Source: an uncultured Leptospiraceae bacterium (GTDB lineage: Bacteria; Spirochaetota; DYNZ01). Taken from it: 43,546 nucleotides of DNA. Positions 34,509 to 43,546 of the stretch are shown piece after piece. The stretch is taken from positions 1-43,546 of the forward strand of contig CAZCVM010000004.1 in the NCBI GenBank assembly GCA_964501965.1, in the 5' to 3' direction. The stretch's first letter is position 1. Every line of letters starts with the position of its first letter. The notes under the pieces are model-generated. The model had not been told where the DNA came from. It did not search any database and saw nothing but the letters and a program-made list of their open reading frames with translations. The translations under genes and the position numbers were made by a program.

Positions 34509-36530
34509 TTAGAGCCCCATGTCTTTGGCCAAAATCTCTGCAATATCTTTCACTTTGACTTGTTCTTCTTGCTCTTTATTTTTCACACCATCCTCTATCA
34601 TGGTCATGCAAAAAGGACAATTCGTGGCAATAGTATTGCATTTTTGGTTGAGCAATTCTTCAGTGCGATTGTCATTGACTCTGGGTTCTTTTTCTTCCAT
34701 CCACATTTGCGCACCACCGGCTCCGCAGCAAAAACTTTTGCTATGAGCACGCGGCGGATCCACTACTACTTTGCCCATATTTTTTATGATTGCACGCGGC
34801 TCTTGGTATACATTGTTGTAACGTCCCATATAACAGGAATCATGGTATACAATTCGTTCCTTATTATCTGAAATACTTGGTTTGAGCTCACCATTTTGAA
34901 TCAATTCATTGATGAGTTCTGTGTGGTGCAATACTTCAAAATCACCGCCAAACTGGGGGTATTCATTTTTTAGTGTATTGTAACAATGCGGACAAGTGGT
35001 GACGATTTTTTTTATTCCGTACCCTTTCATTGTGTCCACATTGGCTTGAGCTAAAGTTTGGTACAGGTATTCATTGCCCCCTCTACGCGCACTATCACCG
35101 GAGCATTGTTCCTCTGTGCCCAAAATGCCAAAATTTACTTTAGCTTTTTGCAAAATTTTTGCTAAAGCCACAGATACCTTTTTGGCACGATCATCATAAG
35201 AACCAGCACATCCCACCCAGAAAAGATAGTCTACGTCTTTTTTTTCTGCCAAAGTAGGAATATCCAATCCTTTTGCCCAGTCCGCACGTTTTTCTGCGCC
35301 TATTCCCCAAGGGTTGCTTTGATTTTCCATATTGGTAAAAGTTGCTTGCAATTCTGTGGAAAAATCCGCTTCCACCAATACTTTGGAGCGCCTGAGATCT
35401 GTCAATTTTTCCATTGGATTGTTGCCCACCGGACAAGCTTCCACACAGGCATTACACGTGGTACAGGCCCAGATAGATTCTGGCGAAATGTACTCTGGAT
35501 AAATGGGCACTTCAGGCAATTCTTCTTTACCTTCCTTTTTTGCTTTCGCAATGAGTGGCATTTTTTCCAGAGTGGCATGTTTGATTTCTACAATCACTTC
35601 TTTCGGATTTAATGGTTTTTTTGTGGCAAATGCCGGACATTGATCAGTACATCGTCCGCATTCGATACAGGCAAAGCCGTCCAATAAACTGGTCCACTTG
35701 TATTCTTGTAGATTTGTGACTCCCCAAATAGCGTCTTCTGCCTCGAGGTCCATATATGACATTTGACCTTTGGGCTCTAAACTTGTAAAATAAAAGTTGA
35801 AGGGAGCAAAAACCAAATGACCATGTTTGGAATTGGGTACATAAGCGGCAAATGTCAATACAGCACCCAAGTGTATCCACCAAGCTCCTTTTTGAATCAT
35901 AACTAGGCCAGCCTGGTCATAAGATAGAAAAAATGAAGCGAAATAGGCCCGAATAGGGCTATAAGCGGACAATTCTTTGCCATAAGAAATGGACAACAAA
36001 TAGGAAGTAGACTCCATGATAATACCTGAAACCATAAGAGTGCCTATCATGGTAATAACTATGGCAGATGGTAAGGAAGGTCTATCCAAATTGGGGGATA
36101 AAATGACCCATCTTCTCCAGGCAAAGTAGAGTAGGCCAAGAAGTACAAGTAGAGTAAAGATATCCAAAGATAATGCGTAGATTACGGCTATGGTTCCCCA
36201 ACTGGGGTCCAATAGTACTGGAAAATGAAAACCATCAACAAAACCTTCGATCATTTGGCTCAACGTGGTGATACTATACACTAAAAATCCATAAAAAATG
36301 AATAAATGCATAATCCCACGTAAAGGTTCTTTGAATAGTTTTTTTTGCAATATGACATTGACAAAAAATATTTTGATTCGTTTGGATATGTTGGATGTTA
36401 CATTATCGGGTTGAGCGTTTTGGATGAGTTTTAGACGAAATAAAACTCCATACGTAAAAGCGCCCAAACCTGCTATCATTGCGAGAATAAAAATAATTCT
36501 CTCGGCAATTCCTAATGGTTCAAAAAGCAT
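34509..36530 (-). CDS. Membrane-anchored Fe-S oxidoreductase: N-terminal polytopic (NarI/DsrM-like) domain fused to an HdrD/DsrK/GlpC-like 2x[4Fe-4S] + 2xCCG domain
   Basis: About 250 aa of TM helices with conserved His (MHLFIFYG, WWIHLGAV). CIECGRCTDQCP and CTTCNACVEACP are ferredoxin motifs. VGCAGSYD and FCCGAGG are CCG-type motifs. GGGGAG lies 6 nt upstream of the ATG. Confidence 0.85.
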   Translation of the reverse strand: MLFEPLGIAERIIFILAMIAGLGAFTYGVLFRLKLIQNAQPDNVTSNISKRIKIFFVNVILQKKLFKEPLRGIMHLFIFYGFLVYSITTLSQMIEGFVDGFHFPVLLDPSWGTIAVIYALSLDIFTLLVLLGLLYFAWRRWVILSPNLDRPSLPSAIVITMIGTLMVSGIIMESTSYLLSISYGKELSAYSPIRAYFASFFLSYDQAGLVMIQKGAWWIHLGAVLTFAAYVPNSKHGHLVFAPFNFYFTSLEPKGQMSYMDLEAEDAIWGVTNLQEYKWTSLLDGFACIECGRCTDQCPAFATKKPLNPKEVIVEIKHATLEKMPLIAKAKKEGKEELPEVPIYPEYISPESIWACTTCNACVEACPVGNNPMEKLTDLRRSKVLVEADFSTELQATFTNMENQSNPWGIGAEKRADWAKGLDIPTLAEKKDVDYLFWVGCAGSYDDRAKKVSVALAKILQKAKVNFGILGTEEQCSGDSARRGGNEYLYQTLAQANVDTMKGYGIKKIVTTCPHCYNTLKNEYPQFGGDFEVLHHTELINELIQNGELKPSISDNKERIVYHDSCYMGRYNNVYQEPRAIIKNMGKVVVDPPRAHSKSFCCGAGGAQMWMEEKEPRVNDNRTEELLNQKCNTIATNCPFCMTMIEDGVKNKEQEEQVKVKDIAEILAKDMGL

Positions 36531-36619
36531 TTTGCTTCTCCCCTTTCACATTTTTTTGTCGAGAATAAAACCTATTCAGGAAAAGCTTGCTAATTGGCAA
36601 GAAAAAACTCACTTTCTGT

Positions 36620-37288
36620 CTAATAATATCCTCTTCCGAGAATATTTTTTTGCTGGATCCTTTTTTGTTGTAAATAATAATAATAATCTTTTTCCATAGT
36701 TTTGCTTAAATTTCTGTAGTATTGATGAATTTCGTCATAGATCATGGCCTTGCTTTCCCAAACTGTGATGTCTTTAATAATGATTGAATGACTATCTTGC
36801 GGCATAAGATAATCCACATGTTTGATCAGAATATCTTCAAAGTTTCCATCATGGGGAGTTTTATCAGTAATAAATGTCCGTTTAAATCCGTATCCATGTT
36901 TATTTTGTTTTTCTTCTATTACAAATTGAATTTCTGTTATATCCTTGTCAGTAATTGTCACAATAGCTTCCTGGCGTTTGGTCCAGTATTTTTGTTCTGG
37001 ATTACAAAAGGGATATTGATTCACATAATAATGAAGTTTTTGATCTTTGTATTTTTTTTTCAATATAGGTAAAAAAATTTTCATTTTTTCCATTTCCTGG
37101 GCAATATTTGCAGAAATGTTTTTTATTTTATCTTTGTGTATTTGTATATGTGCGTTTTTTTCTTCTTTTGACAGATATTGGGGATTGTTTTTTTCTTCTG
37201 CGTAAACAAGCATGCCCAGACTAAAAATGACAAGAAAAAAGAAGATATAGTATAATTTTTGTTTCATTTGTTTTTCTATTGGTTTCAT
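36620..37288 (-). CDS. Hypothetical secreted protein
   Basis: 222 aa with a signal-like N-terminus (LYYIFFFLVIFSLGMLVYA/EEK). It is K/Y-rich. I recognise no family. Confidence 0.5.
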   Translation of the reverse strand: MKPIEKQMKQKLYYIFFFLVIFSLGMLVYAEEKNNPQYLSKEEKNAHIQIHKDKIKNISANIAQEMEKMKIFLPILKKKYKDQKLHYYVNQYPFCNPEQKYWTKRQEAIVTITDKDITEIQFVIEEKQNKHGYGFKRTFITDKTPHDGNFEDILIKHVDYLMPQDSHSIIIKDITVWESKAMIYDEIHQYYRNLSKTMEKDYYYYLQQKRIQQKNILGRGYY

Positions 37289-37381
37289 TGAAATAATTTT
37301 CCTTTTTGTTTTTACAATAATTTTTAGCCACAGATTGATAAGAAAGCAAAAATATGATAAGATTCAAAACAAAGAACGGGT

Positions 37382-37750
37382 TTAAAGGCTGTCTTTGAGA
37401 AAACTACTGGCATGGCGCATGGTGTATTCCTTGTTAAAGGAGTCCAAAAACTCATCCAGTTTATCTCCTTCTAGATTGTAGGTCGCGGCAATTTCCCGGC
37501 CTTCTACTCGTATCACAGTCACCGGAATCATTGTGGTACCGGTAAAAAATGGAAAAAATAGATTAATGATTTCATTTTTTCGCAAGCTTGTATCTACGAG
37601 AAAAAACAATCCTTCACTGCCAATATTCAAAACTTTTGCTGTAAACAGACCCTGCCTGTTATCTATTTGATAGTCCAGAGAAAAAGAACAATTCAATCGT
37701 TCTTTGTTTCTGCGATCTAGTCTTCCTGATATTTGATTTTGTTCAGCCAT
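37382..37750 (-). CDS. Single-domain PilZ-like protein (candidate c-di-GMP receptor, degenerate second motif)
   Basis: RRNKER (RxxxR) is followed 22 residues later by NIGSEG, close to the D/N-x-S-x-x-G motif but with the Ser shifted by one position. Its size and beta-rich remainder fit a stand-alone PilZ. Confidence 0.5.
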   Translation of the reverse strand: MAEQNQISGRLDRRNKERLNCSFSLDYQIDNRQGLFTAKVLNIGSEGLFFLVDTSLRKNEIINLFFPFFTGTTMIPVTVIRVEGREIAATYNLEGDKLDEFLDSFNKEYTMRHASSFLKDSL

Positions 37751-37832
37751 CTTCAGTTATCAAACATATATTTCTTATTAACGGATTTTTATGAAAAAAA
37801 TTGAGTGAAAACAATGCAAATTGACAAAAAAA

Positions 37833-39149
37833 TTAAGTTTCATAGACAAATAATTGGGAATTTCTGTCTTTTTGCCATTTTTTTTGGACGCATTCTGGAG
37901 CTTGCTTTGTTTCCACTTCTTCAAAATGCAATTCACGAAAGAATCTGGCAGCTCTAGTCGTAAAGGCAAATATTTTTATTATTCGCTTTTTTTCCATGCT
38001 TTCTATCATATAGGATACCATTTTTTTCCCTATTCCCAAATGTCGATAGTGCGGATCCACTGCCAGTCCAGCCAATTCTGCAGCCTGGTTTTCTTGACAT
38101 GGGTGCAAAGCTGCAACAGCGCATATTTTTTCATCCAATTCAAATACATAGTAATCTTTTATGTCAAGTGCAATATCTTCGGAAGATCGATTTTTTAATT
38201 CTCCATAATTTTGTGAGTTTTGAAGGATTTCTAAAATGCGTTGCAAATCAGATAGGGAAGCTTGCCGAATATTATTGTATTTTTTTCCAGTTAATAATAA
38301 TCCATGGCCAGCTTTAGTAAATACTTCCTGTAGGATCGCATCTTTGCTCAAGCCGTTGATAAAGTGGATTCTTTCCACTCCTTTTTGACAAGCTAACATA
38401 GCAGAGCCAAGCCTTTCACTTAACAGTTCATCCAGAGGGGATCGTTTTTGCAGATCATGGATTTTTGTTTGAAGGTCATCCAAATCCATCATTCCCATTT
38501 GATCACTGAGCCATTTGTAATTGTCCGTAAAACAATAGATCAGCTTTTTTGCGTTCAAAGCTACAGCGATTTGTGCGGCAATGTCCACGCCCCGCAGATT
38601 GTAATGGTTGCCCTCTGAATCCAGCCCCAGTGGCGGTACAATAGGCAGGAAGCCTTGTCTTAGTATGCCATACAATTTACTTTTCCTAATCTTGTCTACC
38701 TGACCTGTATGCAGAAAATCAATGCCATGAATGATTCCCATTGGCCTGGCTTTGACAAAATTTCCGATAATCGGGTTCATGGTAAATCCTGTCAGGTGCG
38801 TATTGGTCAGTGATTTTAGTATTTTGTAAGAAAGTTGTAATGATACTTCGGTTGCTATTTGCAATATTTCCACCGGTGTAACGCGAATGCTCTCATTATT
38901 AATAACATGAATTTCATTTTGATTGGGAGTGGTTTTTTCCGAGATTTGTTGCCTTGAGCCATGCACTAGGACAATCTTTATGCCTAAACTATGCAAAATA
39001 GCTATCTGACGGCATAGGTGGTTTAAGTTGTGTTCTTGGAGCACGCTGCCGCTAAAAAAAAGCACAAAAATATTGTTTTTGTATTTGGGAATATAGTGTA
39101 AAATATCATCTAATACCACGCTGGATGTTTTTTCCAATATTTTGTCCAA
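37833..39149 (-). CDS. argA: Amino-acid N-acetyltransferase (N-acetylglutamate synthase), AAK + GNAT two-domain type
   Basis: Amino-acid-kinase-fold N-terminus (IKIVLVHGSRQQI, GVDIAAQIAVAL). C-terminal GNAT (AELAGLAVDPHYRHLGIGKKMV). The start is TTG at 39149, with AAGGA 9 nt upstream. Confidence 0.85.
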   Translation of the reverse strand: MDKILEKTSSVVLDDILHYIPKYKNNIFVLFFSGSVLQEHNLNHLCRQIAILHSLGIKIVLVHGSRQQISEKTTPNQNEIHVINNESIRVTPVEILQIATEVSLQLSYKILKSLTNTHLTGFTMNPIIGNFVKARPMGIIHGIDFLHTGQVDKIRKSKLYGILRQGFLPIVPPLGLDSEGNHYNLRGVDIAAQIAVALNAKKLIYCFTDNYKWLSDQMGMMDLDDLQTKIHDLQKRSPLDELLSERLGSAMLACQKGVERIHFINGLSKDAILQEVFTKAGHGLLLTGKKYNNIRQASLSDLQRILEILQNSQNYGELKNRSSEDIALDIKDYYVFELDEKICAVAALHPCQENQAAELAGLAVDPHYRHLGIGKKMVSYMIESMEKKRIIKIFAFTTRAARFFRELHFEEVETKQAPECVQKKWQKDRNSQLFVYET

Positions 39150-39322
39150 TGTTTGTTTCCTTTGCTAATTTGTTTTGTTTTTTTTTATAAGATTGTCGGT
39201 GATTTGCAAATTGATTGACTTTTTGCGCCCAGGTTATCTTTTTATTTTATGTTGTTTATTTCGATATTATTTAAATAGCTTAGATAGCAACAAAAAAAAT
39301 ATTAAGGATTCTTAAAAGTCAA

Positions 39323-40621
39323 ATGAAATTATCCAAAAATCCCTATAAAGGCACGAGAGATTTTTTTCCAGAACAGATGCGTTTGCGTAAGCAGGTTTTT
39401 GGCAAATTGGAGCAAATAGTGGAAAGCTTTGGTTATGAGCCCTATGACGGGCCAATGCTAGAACCATTTGCATTATATGCTGCCAAAACCGGTGAAGAAA
39501 TTGTGAATGATCAATTGTACAGTTTTGAAGACCAGGGAGGCAGGAAAATGGCTATGCGTCCAGAAATGACTCCGACTTTGGCTCGAATGGTTTCTCAACG
39601 GCAAAGAGAATTGGCAAAACCTATTCGCTGGTATTCCTTGCCCAATTTGTGGCGTTATGAGAATCCGCAGCGAGGCCGTTTGCGTGAGCATTGGCAATTG
39701 AATGTGGATATTTTTGGTGTGGACGGTATGGATGCGGAAATTGAGATTATGATTTTGGCAATGGAAATTTTGCTGAGTTTTGGCGCAACAAAAGATATGT
39801 TTCAGCTTCATTTCAATCATCGTGGCTTGATGGATACACTGTTGGACAAAGTTCTCGAATTGGACCCGGCTATGCGCCATAAAACAGCTAAAGCTATTGA
39901 CAAAATGAAAAAAATATCCACTCAGGATTTTGAATCAATCTTAGTTCAGGCTGGATTGAGTATTTCTCAGATAAGCATATTGCAAAGTTTTTTAGAGATT
40001 ACATTTGAACAAATTCCGCAAAAATTTCCTTTATTGCAAAATATTTGGCATTATTTACAAGAAATGAAGAATGTACTTGAAGAGGCCGGTTATGGAGATT
40101 TTTTAGTATACGCGCCTCAGATAATGCGCGGCTTTGATTATTATACTGGGACTGTATTTGAAATATTTGACCTGAATGAAAACAATAGAAGGTCTTTGTA
40201 CGGAGGAGGCAGGTACGACAATTTAGTCGGCCTATTTGGCGGTCAATCATTGAGTGGTATTGGGTTTGGCATGGGCGATGTGACTTTTTTTGATTTTCTG
40301 GAAGCACACAATTTGACGCCTATATCCCATAAACCTTTGACCGTTATGTTGGGCATATTTCCTGAAACGAAAAAACAGGATATTTGGCGTATTGTGAAAA
40401 AAATTCAAAAGCAGGGTATTGGTGTGGAGATTCCCTGGGAAGTTCCCAAGCTTGGCAAGCAATTGCAAATAGCACAAAAAAAAGGATTGCAAAACGTCTT
40501 ATTGTTGGATGATACATACTTGGTGCAAAATCGGTTGTTATGGAAAAATCTGGCGACAGGAATTCAAAAGGATGTTGCTATAGAGCAAATATTGGATATT
40601 TTTGAATTGGATTCTATTTAA
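39323..40621 (+). CDS. hisS: Histidine--tRNA ligase
   Basis: KGTRDFFPEQM, class II motif 2 region MRPEMTPTLARM...RWY...WRYE.PQ.GR.REH.Q, motif 3 YGGGRYDNL, and a C-terminal anticodon-binding domain. Confidence 0.9.
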   Translation: MKLSKNPYKGTRDFFPEQMRLRKQVFGKLEQIVESFGYEPYDGPMLEPFALYAAKTGEEIVNDQLYSFEDQGGRKMAMRPEMTPTLARMVSQRQRELAKPIRWYSLPNLWRYENPQRGRLREHWQLNVDIFGVDGMDAEIEIMILAMEILLSFGATKDMFQLHFNHRGLMDTLLDKVLELDPAMRHKTAKAIDKMKKISTQDFESILVQAGLSISQISILQSFLEITFEQIPQKFPLLQNIWHYLQEMKNVLEEAGYGDFLVYAPQIMRGFDYYTGTVFEIFDLNENNRRSLYGGGRYDNLVGLFGGQSLSGIGFGMGDVTFFDFLEAHNLTPISHKPLTVMLGIFPETKKQDIWRIVKKIQKQGIGVEIPWEVPKLGKQLQIAQKKGLQNVLLLDDTYLVQNRLLWKNLATGIQKDVAIEQILDIFELDSI

Positions 40622-40650
40622 TTTGATTCTATGAAAGAAGGACGGTATTT

Positions 40651-41427
40651 ATGAAACAAGCATTGGCAATACTATTATTTGATTTTCGTCGATCTTGGCG
40701 CACAGATCGAAAAATGAGTTATGGTGCGCATTTGATTGGTTTGTTGTTGACCGGAGCCATTGTTTGGTTTCCGGTTTTTACAGTATTTTTGTTTTATTTT
40801 CCCTATACGGAATGGATACATGCCAATGCATGGTACATTGTTTTGTCGTATTTATTGGGATTTCTTTTTTGGGGATTTTGGTGGTATGTGTTGATTTTTC
40901 GTTTATTGGCTAGACATAGAGATCATGCAGTAAGAAAGAATGATCTGTGGGATGATTTTTCAAGATTTTGCACCCAGGAGATGAAAAGACAAGGTATAAA
41001 AAAAGAAGACAATCCAGACTTGGCAAAGCGTATTTATTCTTTGGAGTTGTTTGCCAATGAATATAAAAAAGCATTTATTTTGCGTCATCCTGGTCTTTGG
41101 ACTTTTTTGACATTTGTGTCTTTTGGCATTGTTTCTTATGTGGTTGCCTTTTTCTTAATGCAAGATTTGCAAAGGATGCAACAATTTGAAGAAGAATATT
41201 TGCAAGTGCTGTCGGATGTTCTAATAGAAATGGGTATTTTGACAGAACCTGTGATACCTCAAAAACAAATTCCCTATAGAGAATACGGCATTTTCCTGGC
41301 GCTTTCTATTGTTTCCGGCGGATTGTTTTGGTTTTATTGGTGGTATATTTTGGTAAAGGATGGCAATTGTTTTTTTGATATGACAGAGAGATGGGAAACA
41401 GAAATACATTATTCTTTGCTTAGATAG
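40651..41427 (+). CDS. Hypothetical polytopic membrane protein
   Basis: 258 aa with 4-5 hydrophobic helices and W/F-rich repeated motifs (FWGFWWYVLIF, LFWFYWWYILV). GAAGGA lies 9 nt upstream of the ATG. Confidence 0.55.
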   Translation: MKQALAILLFDFRRSWRTDRKMSYGAHLIGLLLTGAIVWFPVFTVFLFYFPYTEWIHANAWYIVLSYLLGFLFWGFWWYVLIFRLLARHRDHAVRKNDLWDDFSRFCTQEMKRQGIKKEDNPDLAKRIYSLELFANEYKKAFILRHPGLWTFLTFVSFGIVSYVVAFFLMQDLQRMQQFEEEYLQVLSDVLIEMGILTEPVIPQKQIPYREYGIFLALSIVSGGLFWFYWWYILVKDGNCFFDMTERWETEIHYSLLR

Positions 41428-41483
41428 AATTGAGTGTTGATGTTTTTTAACAAATATTGTACAAGAAATTGTAAGGAATAAAT

Positions 41484-42311
41484 ATGAGTTTTATTGATCA
41501 TTTTACATCTGGTAAAAAAGGGATCCCGCGTGTTTTGTCTATCGCTGGATCAGATTCTGGCGGCGGCGCAGGTATACAAGCAGACATAAAAACATTTTCT
41601 GCGTTATCTACTTATGGTATGTCCGCAATAACCGCTGTAACAGCGCAAAATACAAAGGATGTCCTACAAATAATGGAGATGAGTCAGGAAATGGTTTATA
41701 AGCAAATCCAGGCTGTGGCTGAAGACGTTGGTGTTGATGCTTTCAAAACGGGGATGCTTTCATCCAGGCCTATTATTGAAGTGGTGATTAAGGCTATTGC
41801 GGATTTCCAACTAAAAAATTTTGTATGTGATCCGGTGATGCTGACAAAGAGCGGTGTTAAATTGTTGGCAGATGACGCGATAAATATATTGATTCATGAG
41901 TTGATACCTTTGGCTGATGTGATCACACCCAATATTCCCGAAGCAGAGGTTATAACAAAACAGAGTATCGATACCGAGGCTACGATAAGGGTAGCGGCAG
42001 AAAAAATTATGAATATGGGAGCTAAATGTGTGGTAATCAAAGGCGGGCATTTGCAAGGAGACCCTGTGGACTGGGTTTGTTCGCAAAAGCATTTTTTTGC
42101 GTTGCCGGAAAGAAGGATCAATACTCCGCACACACATGGCAGCGGTTGTACTTATTCATCAGCTATAGCAGCTTTTCTGGCTCGCGGCTATGAGACGGAT
42201 CGAGCTATCCGTGAAGCAAAAAAATATATTCACAAGGCGATAAGCTTTTCACTTTCCCTGGGCAATGGTCATGGGCCATTGCATCATTTTCATTCATGGT
42301 ATAAGTATTAA
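41484..42311 (+). CDS. thiD: Hydroxymethylpyrimidine/phosphomethylpyrimidine kinase
   Basis: [34 protein letters not shown] and [13 protein letters not shown] are the ThiD signature. Confidence 0.9.
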   Translation: MSFIDHFTSGKKGIPRVLSIAGSDSGGGAGIQADIKTFSALSTYGMSAITAVTAQNTKDVLQIMEMSQEMVYKQIQAVAEDVGVDAFKTGMLSSRPIIEVVIKAIADFQLKNFVCDPVMLTKSGVKLLADDAINILIHELIPLADVITPNIPEAEVITKQSIDTEATIRVAAEKIMNMGAKCVVIKGGHLQGDPVDWVCSQKHFFALPERRINTPHTHGSGCTYSSAIAAFLARGYETDRAIREAKKYIHKAISFSLSLGNGHGPLHHFHSWYKY

Positions 42312-42455
42312 TGCCATTTTCTGGATTGCTGGAAAACGCGATCCATCAGAGATAGATTTGGCGTCCTTGATATTAAACTGCCATTGAAAATAGAAAAGAC
42401 TTCTGTTAATTCTTTGCCAAATTGGCTGGAATATGCACCATGTATGGTATAATGC

Positions 42456-43142
42456 TTATTTTTTTGCTTGGGTTTCCGTCCATTGTACGTTATCCATCAT
42501 TAGTTTTTCCAACCTGTCCGCATACGCTCCAATTTCTGTGTCATTGATATCTGCGGGAACATGGAGCGGGGTCCCCAGTGAGCTGTAAACCACTGAGAAT
42601 GGCTTGGGAAATTTATGGAAATCCCAGCTACGTGGGAATTCCCAGCGCGATACAGCCTGAAAATGCCAGGGGATAATCGGCAATCCGGTCAGTTTGGCGA
42701 TCATTATTATTCCGGGCTGGACTTTATATTTTGGACCGCGTCGGCCATCAGGCGTGACTGATAAAGATGAAGATGTTTTTTTCAAATGCTTCACAGCCTG
42801 GATTAGAACTTCTCTGCCACCATGCGAGGATGATCCGCGGACGCACCCAAGACCAAATTGCCGTCCCGCCCAGGCAATATAATTTCCGTCTTTGCTTTTG
42901 CTTACGATGCCATCGTAGTTGCGGTGGCGAAAGACAAACATGGAATACAGCGTATTATTGTGCCAGGCTGCAATAATTTTTTGCGGGTATTTTGCTTCAA
43001 GTTGGTCCAAATCTAAGCTGTCTTTCCAGGTGATTCGGGTTGTCTTGCCGACAATTTTTACCAGTACAGTCAGCAACTTGAGAGCTAGTTTATGATGCAA
43101 GGGGATACAAATAGAGCCGCTATGAATATTTTTTCTTTTCAT
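42456..43142 (-). CDS. DUF374-family protein (lysophospholipid-acyltransferase-like, often linked to Kdo transferase/LPS genes)
   Basis: IVSKSKDGNYIA....FGLGCVRGSSSHGG......A...L......L.VTPDGRRGP matches the DUF374 core. Confidence 0.75.
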   Translation of the reverse strand: MKRKNIHSGSICIPLHHKLALKLLTVLVKIVGKTTRITWKDSLDLDQLEAKYPQKIIAAWHNNTLYSMFVFRHRNYDGIVSKSKDGNYIAWAGRQFGLGCVRGSSSHGGREVLIQAVKHLKKTSSSLSVTPDGRRGPKYKVQPGIIMIAKLTGLPIIPWHFQAVSRWEFPRSWDFHKFPKPFSVVYSSLGTPLHVPADINDTEIGAYADRLEKLMMDNVQWTETQAKK

Positions 43143-43178
43143 TATTTTTTTAAGTATCTGTTTTTTTTAGTCATAATA

Positions 43179-43546
43179 TTATGTAGTTTTTTTATGTGAA
43201 GACATTTTTTTTTGTGGCCAGGGAAAAAATGCACTTGTGGTTTTTACATAATTCTTGTATGCGGGTTTGGTTTTTGTCAAAGTCTTTTCCAATAAGAAGA
43301 TACCGGAAACATGGATAATAAGCCCAGTCATCAGAACAGCATCAAGAGCAGCAGTGTATTGCCCGGAAGCGATGGCCATGATCCCATAGCCCCACCAAAT
43401 AGCTGAGTCGCCGAAATAATTGGGATGACGTGTGTAGCGCCAAAAACCGGTTTGCAACACCTTGCCTTTATTGTTGGGATTTTTTTTGAAAATTGCTAAT
43501 TGCATATCCCCACCGGCTTCAAAGATAAACCCTATAGACCACACAA
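43179..43546 (-). CDS. DUF1295/steroid-5-alpha-reductase-like membrane protein, C-terminal part (N-terminus beyond the window)
   Basis: GFWRYTRHPNYFGDSAIWWG is the hallmark of the DUF1295/ICMT-like family. The frame is open to the window end. Confidence 0.75.
   Translation of the reverse strand, partial: VWSIGFIFEAGGDMQLAIFKKNPNNKGKVLQTGFWRYTRHPNYFGDSAIWWGYGIMAIASGQYTAALDAVLMTGLIIHVSGIFLLEKTLTKTKPAYKNYVKTTSAFFPWPQKKMSSHKKTT

Noticed and set aside
39150-39322. A 10-bp palindrome atttgcaaat (39202-39211) in the argA-hisS divergent region as an ArgR/operator candidate, a similar palindrome attgtacaat at 28604-28613, and a possible T-box for hisS.
   Set aside because: Short A/T palindromes of this length are expected by chance in DNA this AT-rich. 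Neither matches the ARG-box consensus well. No T-box specifier or antiterminator sequence was seen.
41428-41483. A possible TPP riboswitch upstream of thiD, and upstream of the YkoF-like gene at 28562-28630.
   Set aside because: The spacers are only 56 and 69 nt, too short for a THI-box aptamer. The conserved CUGAGA and ACCUGAUCUGGAUAAUGCCAGCG-like elements are not present.
1-43546. A whole-window search for CRISPR arrays, long tandem repeats, IS/transposase or integrase genes, tRNA/rRNA genes, toxin-antitoxin pairs and known defence-system signatures.
   Set aside because: I saw no regularly spaced direct repeats, no recombinase, reverse-transcriptase or nuclease signatures, and no cloverleaf-like sequences. 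The gene content is core metabolic, envelope and signalling. The absence is by eye only. tRNAscan, Infernal and DefenseFinder-type scans would be needed to confirm it.

Overview
This is an AT-rich (about one-third G+C by eye, not computed), densely coding chromosomal segment from what looks like a diderm bacterium. The phylum cannot be assigned from this window; the mix of an EF-G II paralog, GH57, PilZ and RsbU-like signalling genes is only weakly suggestive. I saw no rRNA, tRNA, CRISPR array, transposase, integrase, reverse transcriptase or phage genes. About 43 protein genes are supported. They are: the queA 3' end; a ClC channel with CBS and TrkA-C domains; an alpha-glucan set (GH57, a GalT-family HIT transferase, malQ) interrupted by an opposite-strand operon of an unknown protein plus a GAF-GAF-PP2C phosphatase; capA-like; a stand-alone EF-G II paralog; a truncated crcB; a lipid-carrier glycosylation module (SDR, GT2, SDR, GtrA, converging on a GT-C-like membrane protein); a GNAT, serine hydrolase and small Cys-rich protein operon; trpBA; meaB; an orphan oppD-like ATPase; an ArsR regulator with a degenerate GHKL ATPase; an unknown 181-aa protein, a YkoF/MTH1187-like protein and an LMW-PTP; purS and purQ; a YihY/BrkB membrane protein with an inserted Asp-box beta-propeller; several small unknown proteins; a TM2 protein; a membrane-anchored HdrD/DsrK-like Fe-S oxidoreductase; PilZ; argA; hisS; thiD; DUF374; and a DUF1295 fragment. 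Many genes start at TTG or GTG behind clear GGAG-type Shine-Dalgarno sites, and I corrected several starts from the ORF track on that basis. I found no hallmark of a known defence or mobile system. The best candidates for something undescribed are: (1) the YihY::propeller fusion; (2) the SDR-GT2-SDR-GtrA/GT-C periplasmic glycosylation module, whose sugar and acceptor are unknown; (3) the ArsR plus degenerate GHKL pair, followed by an unusually GC-rich structured element; (4) the GNAT, serine hydrolase and Cys-rich peptide operon at the window centre. All family calls rest on motifs read by eye, not on database searches.
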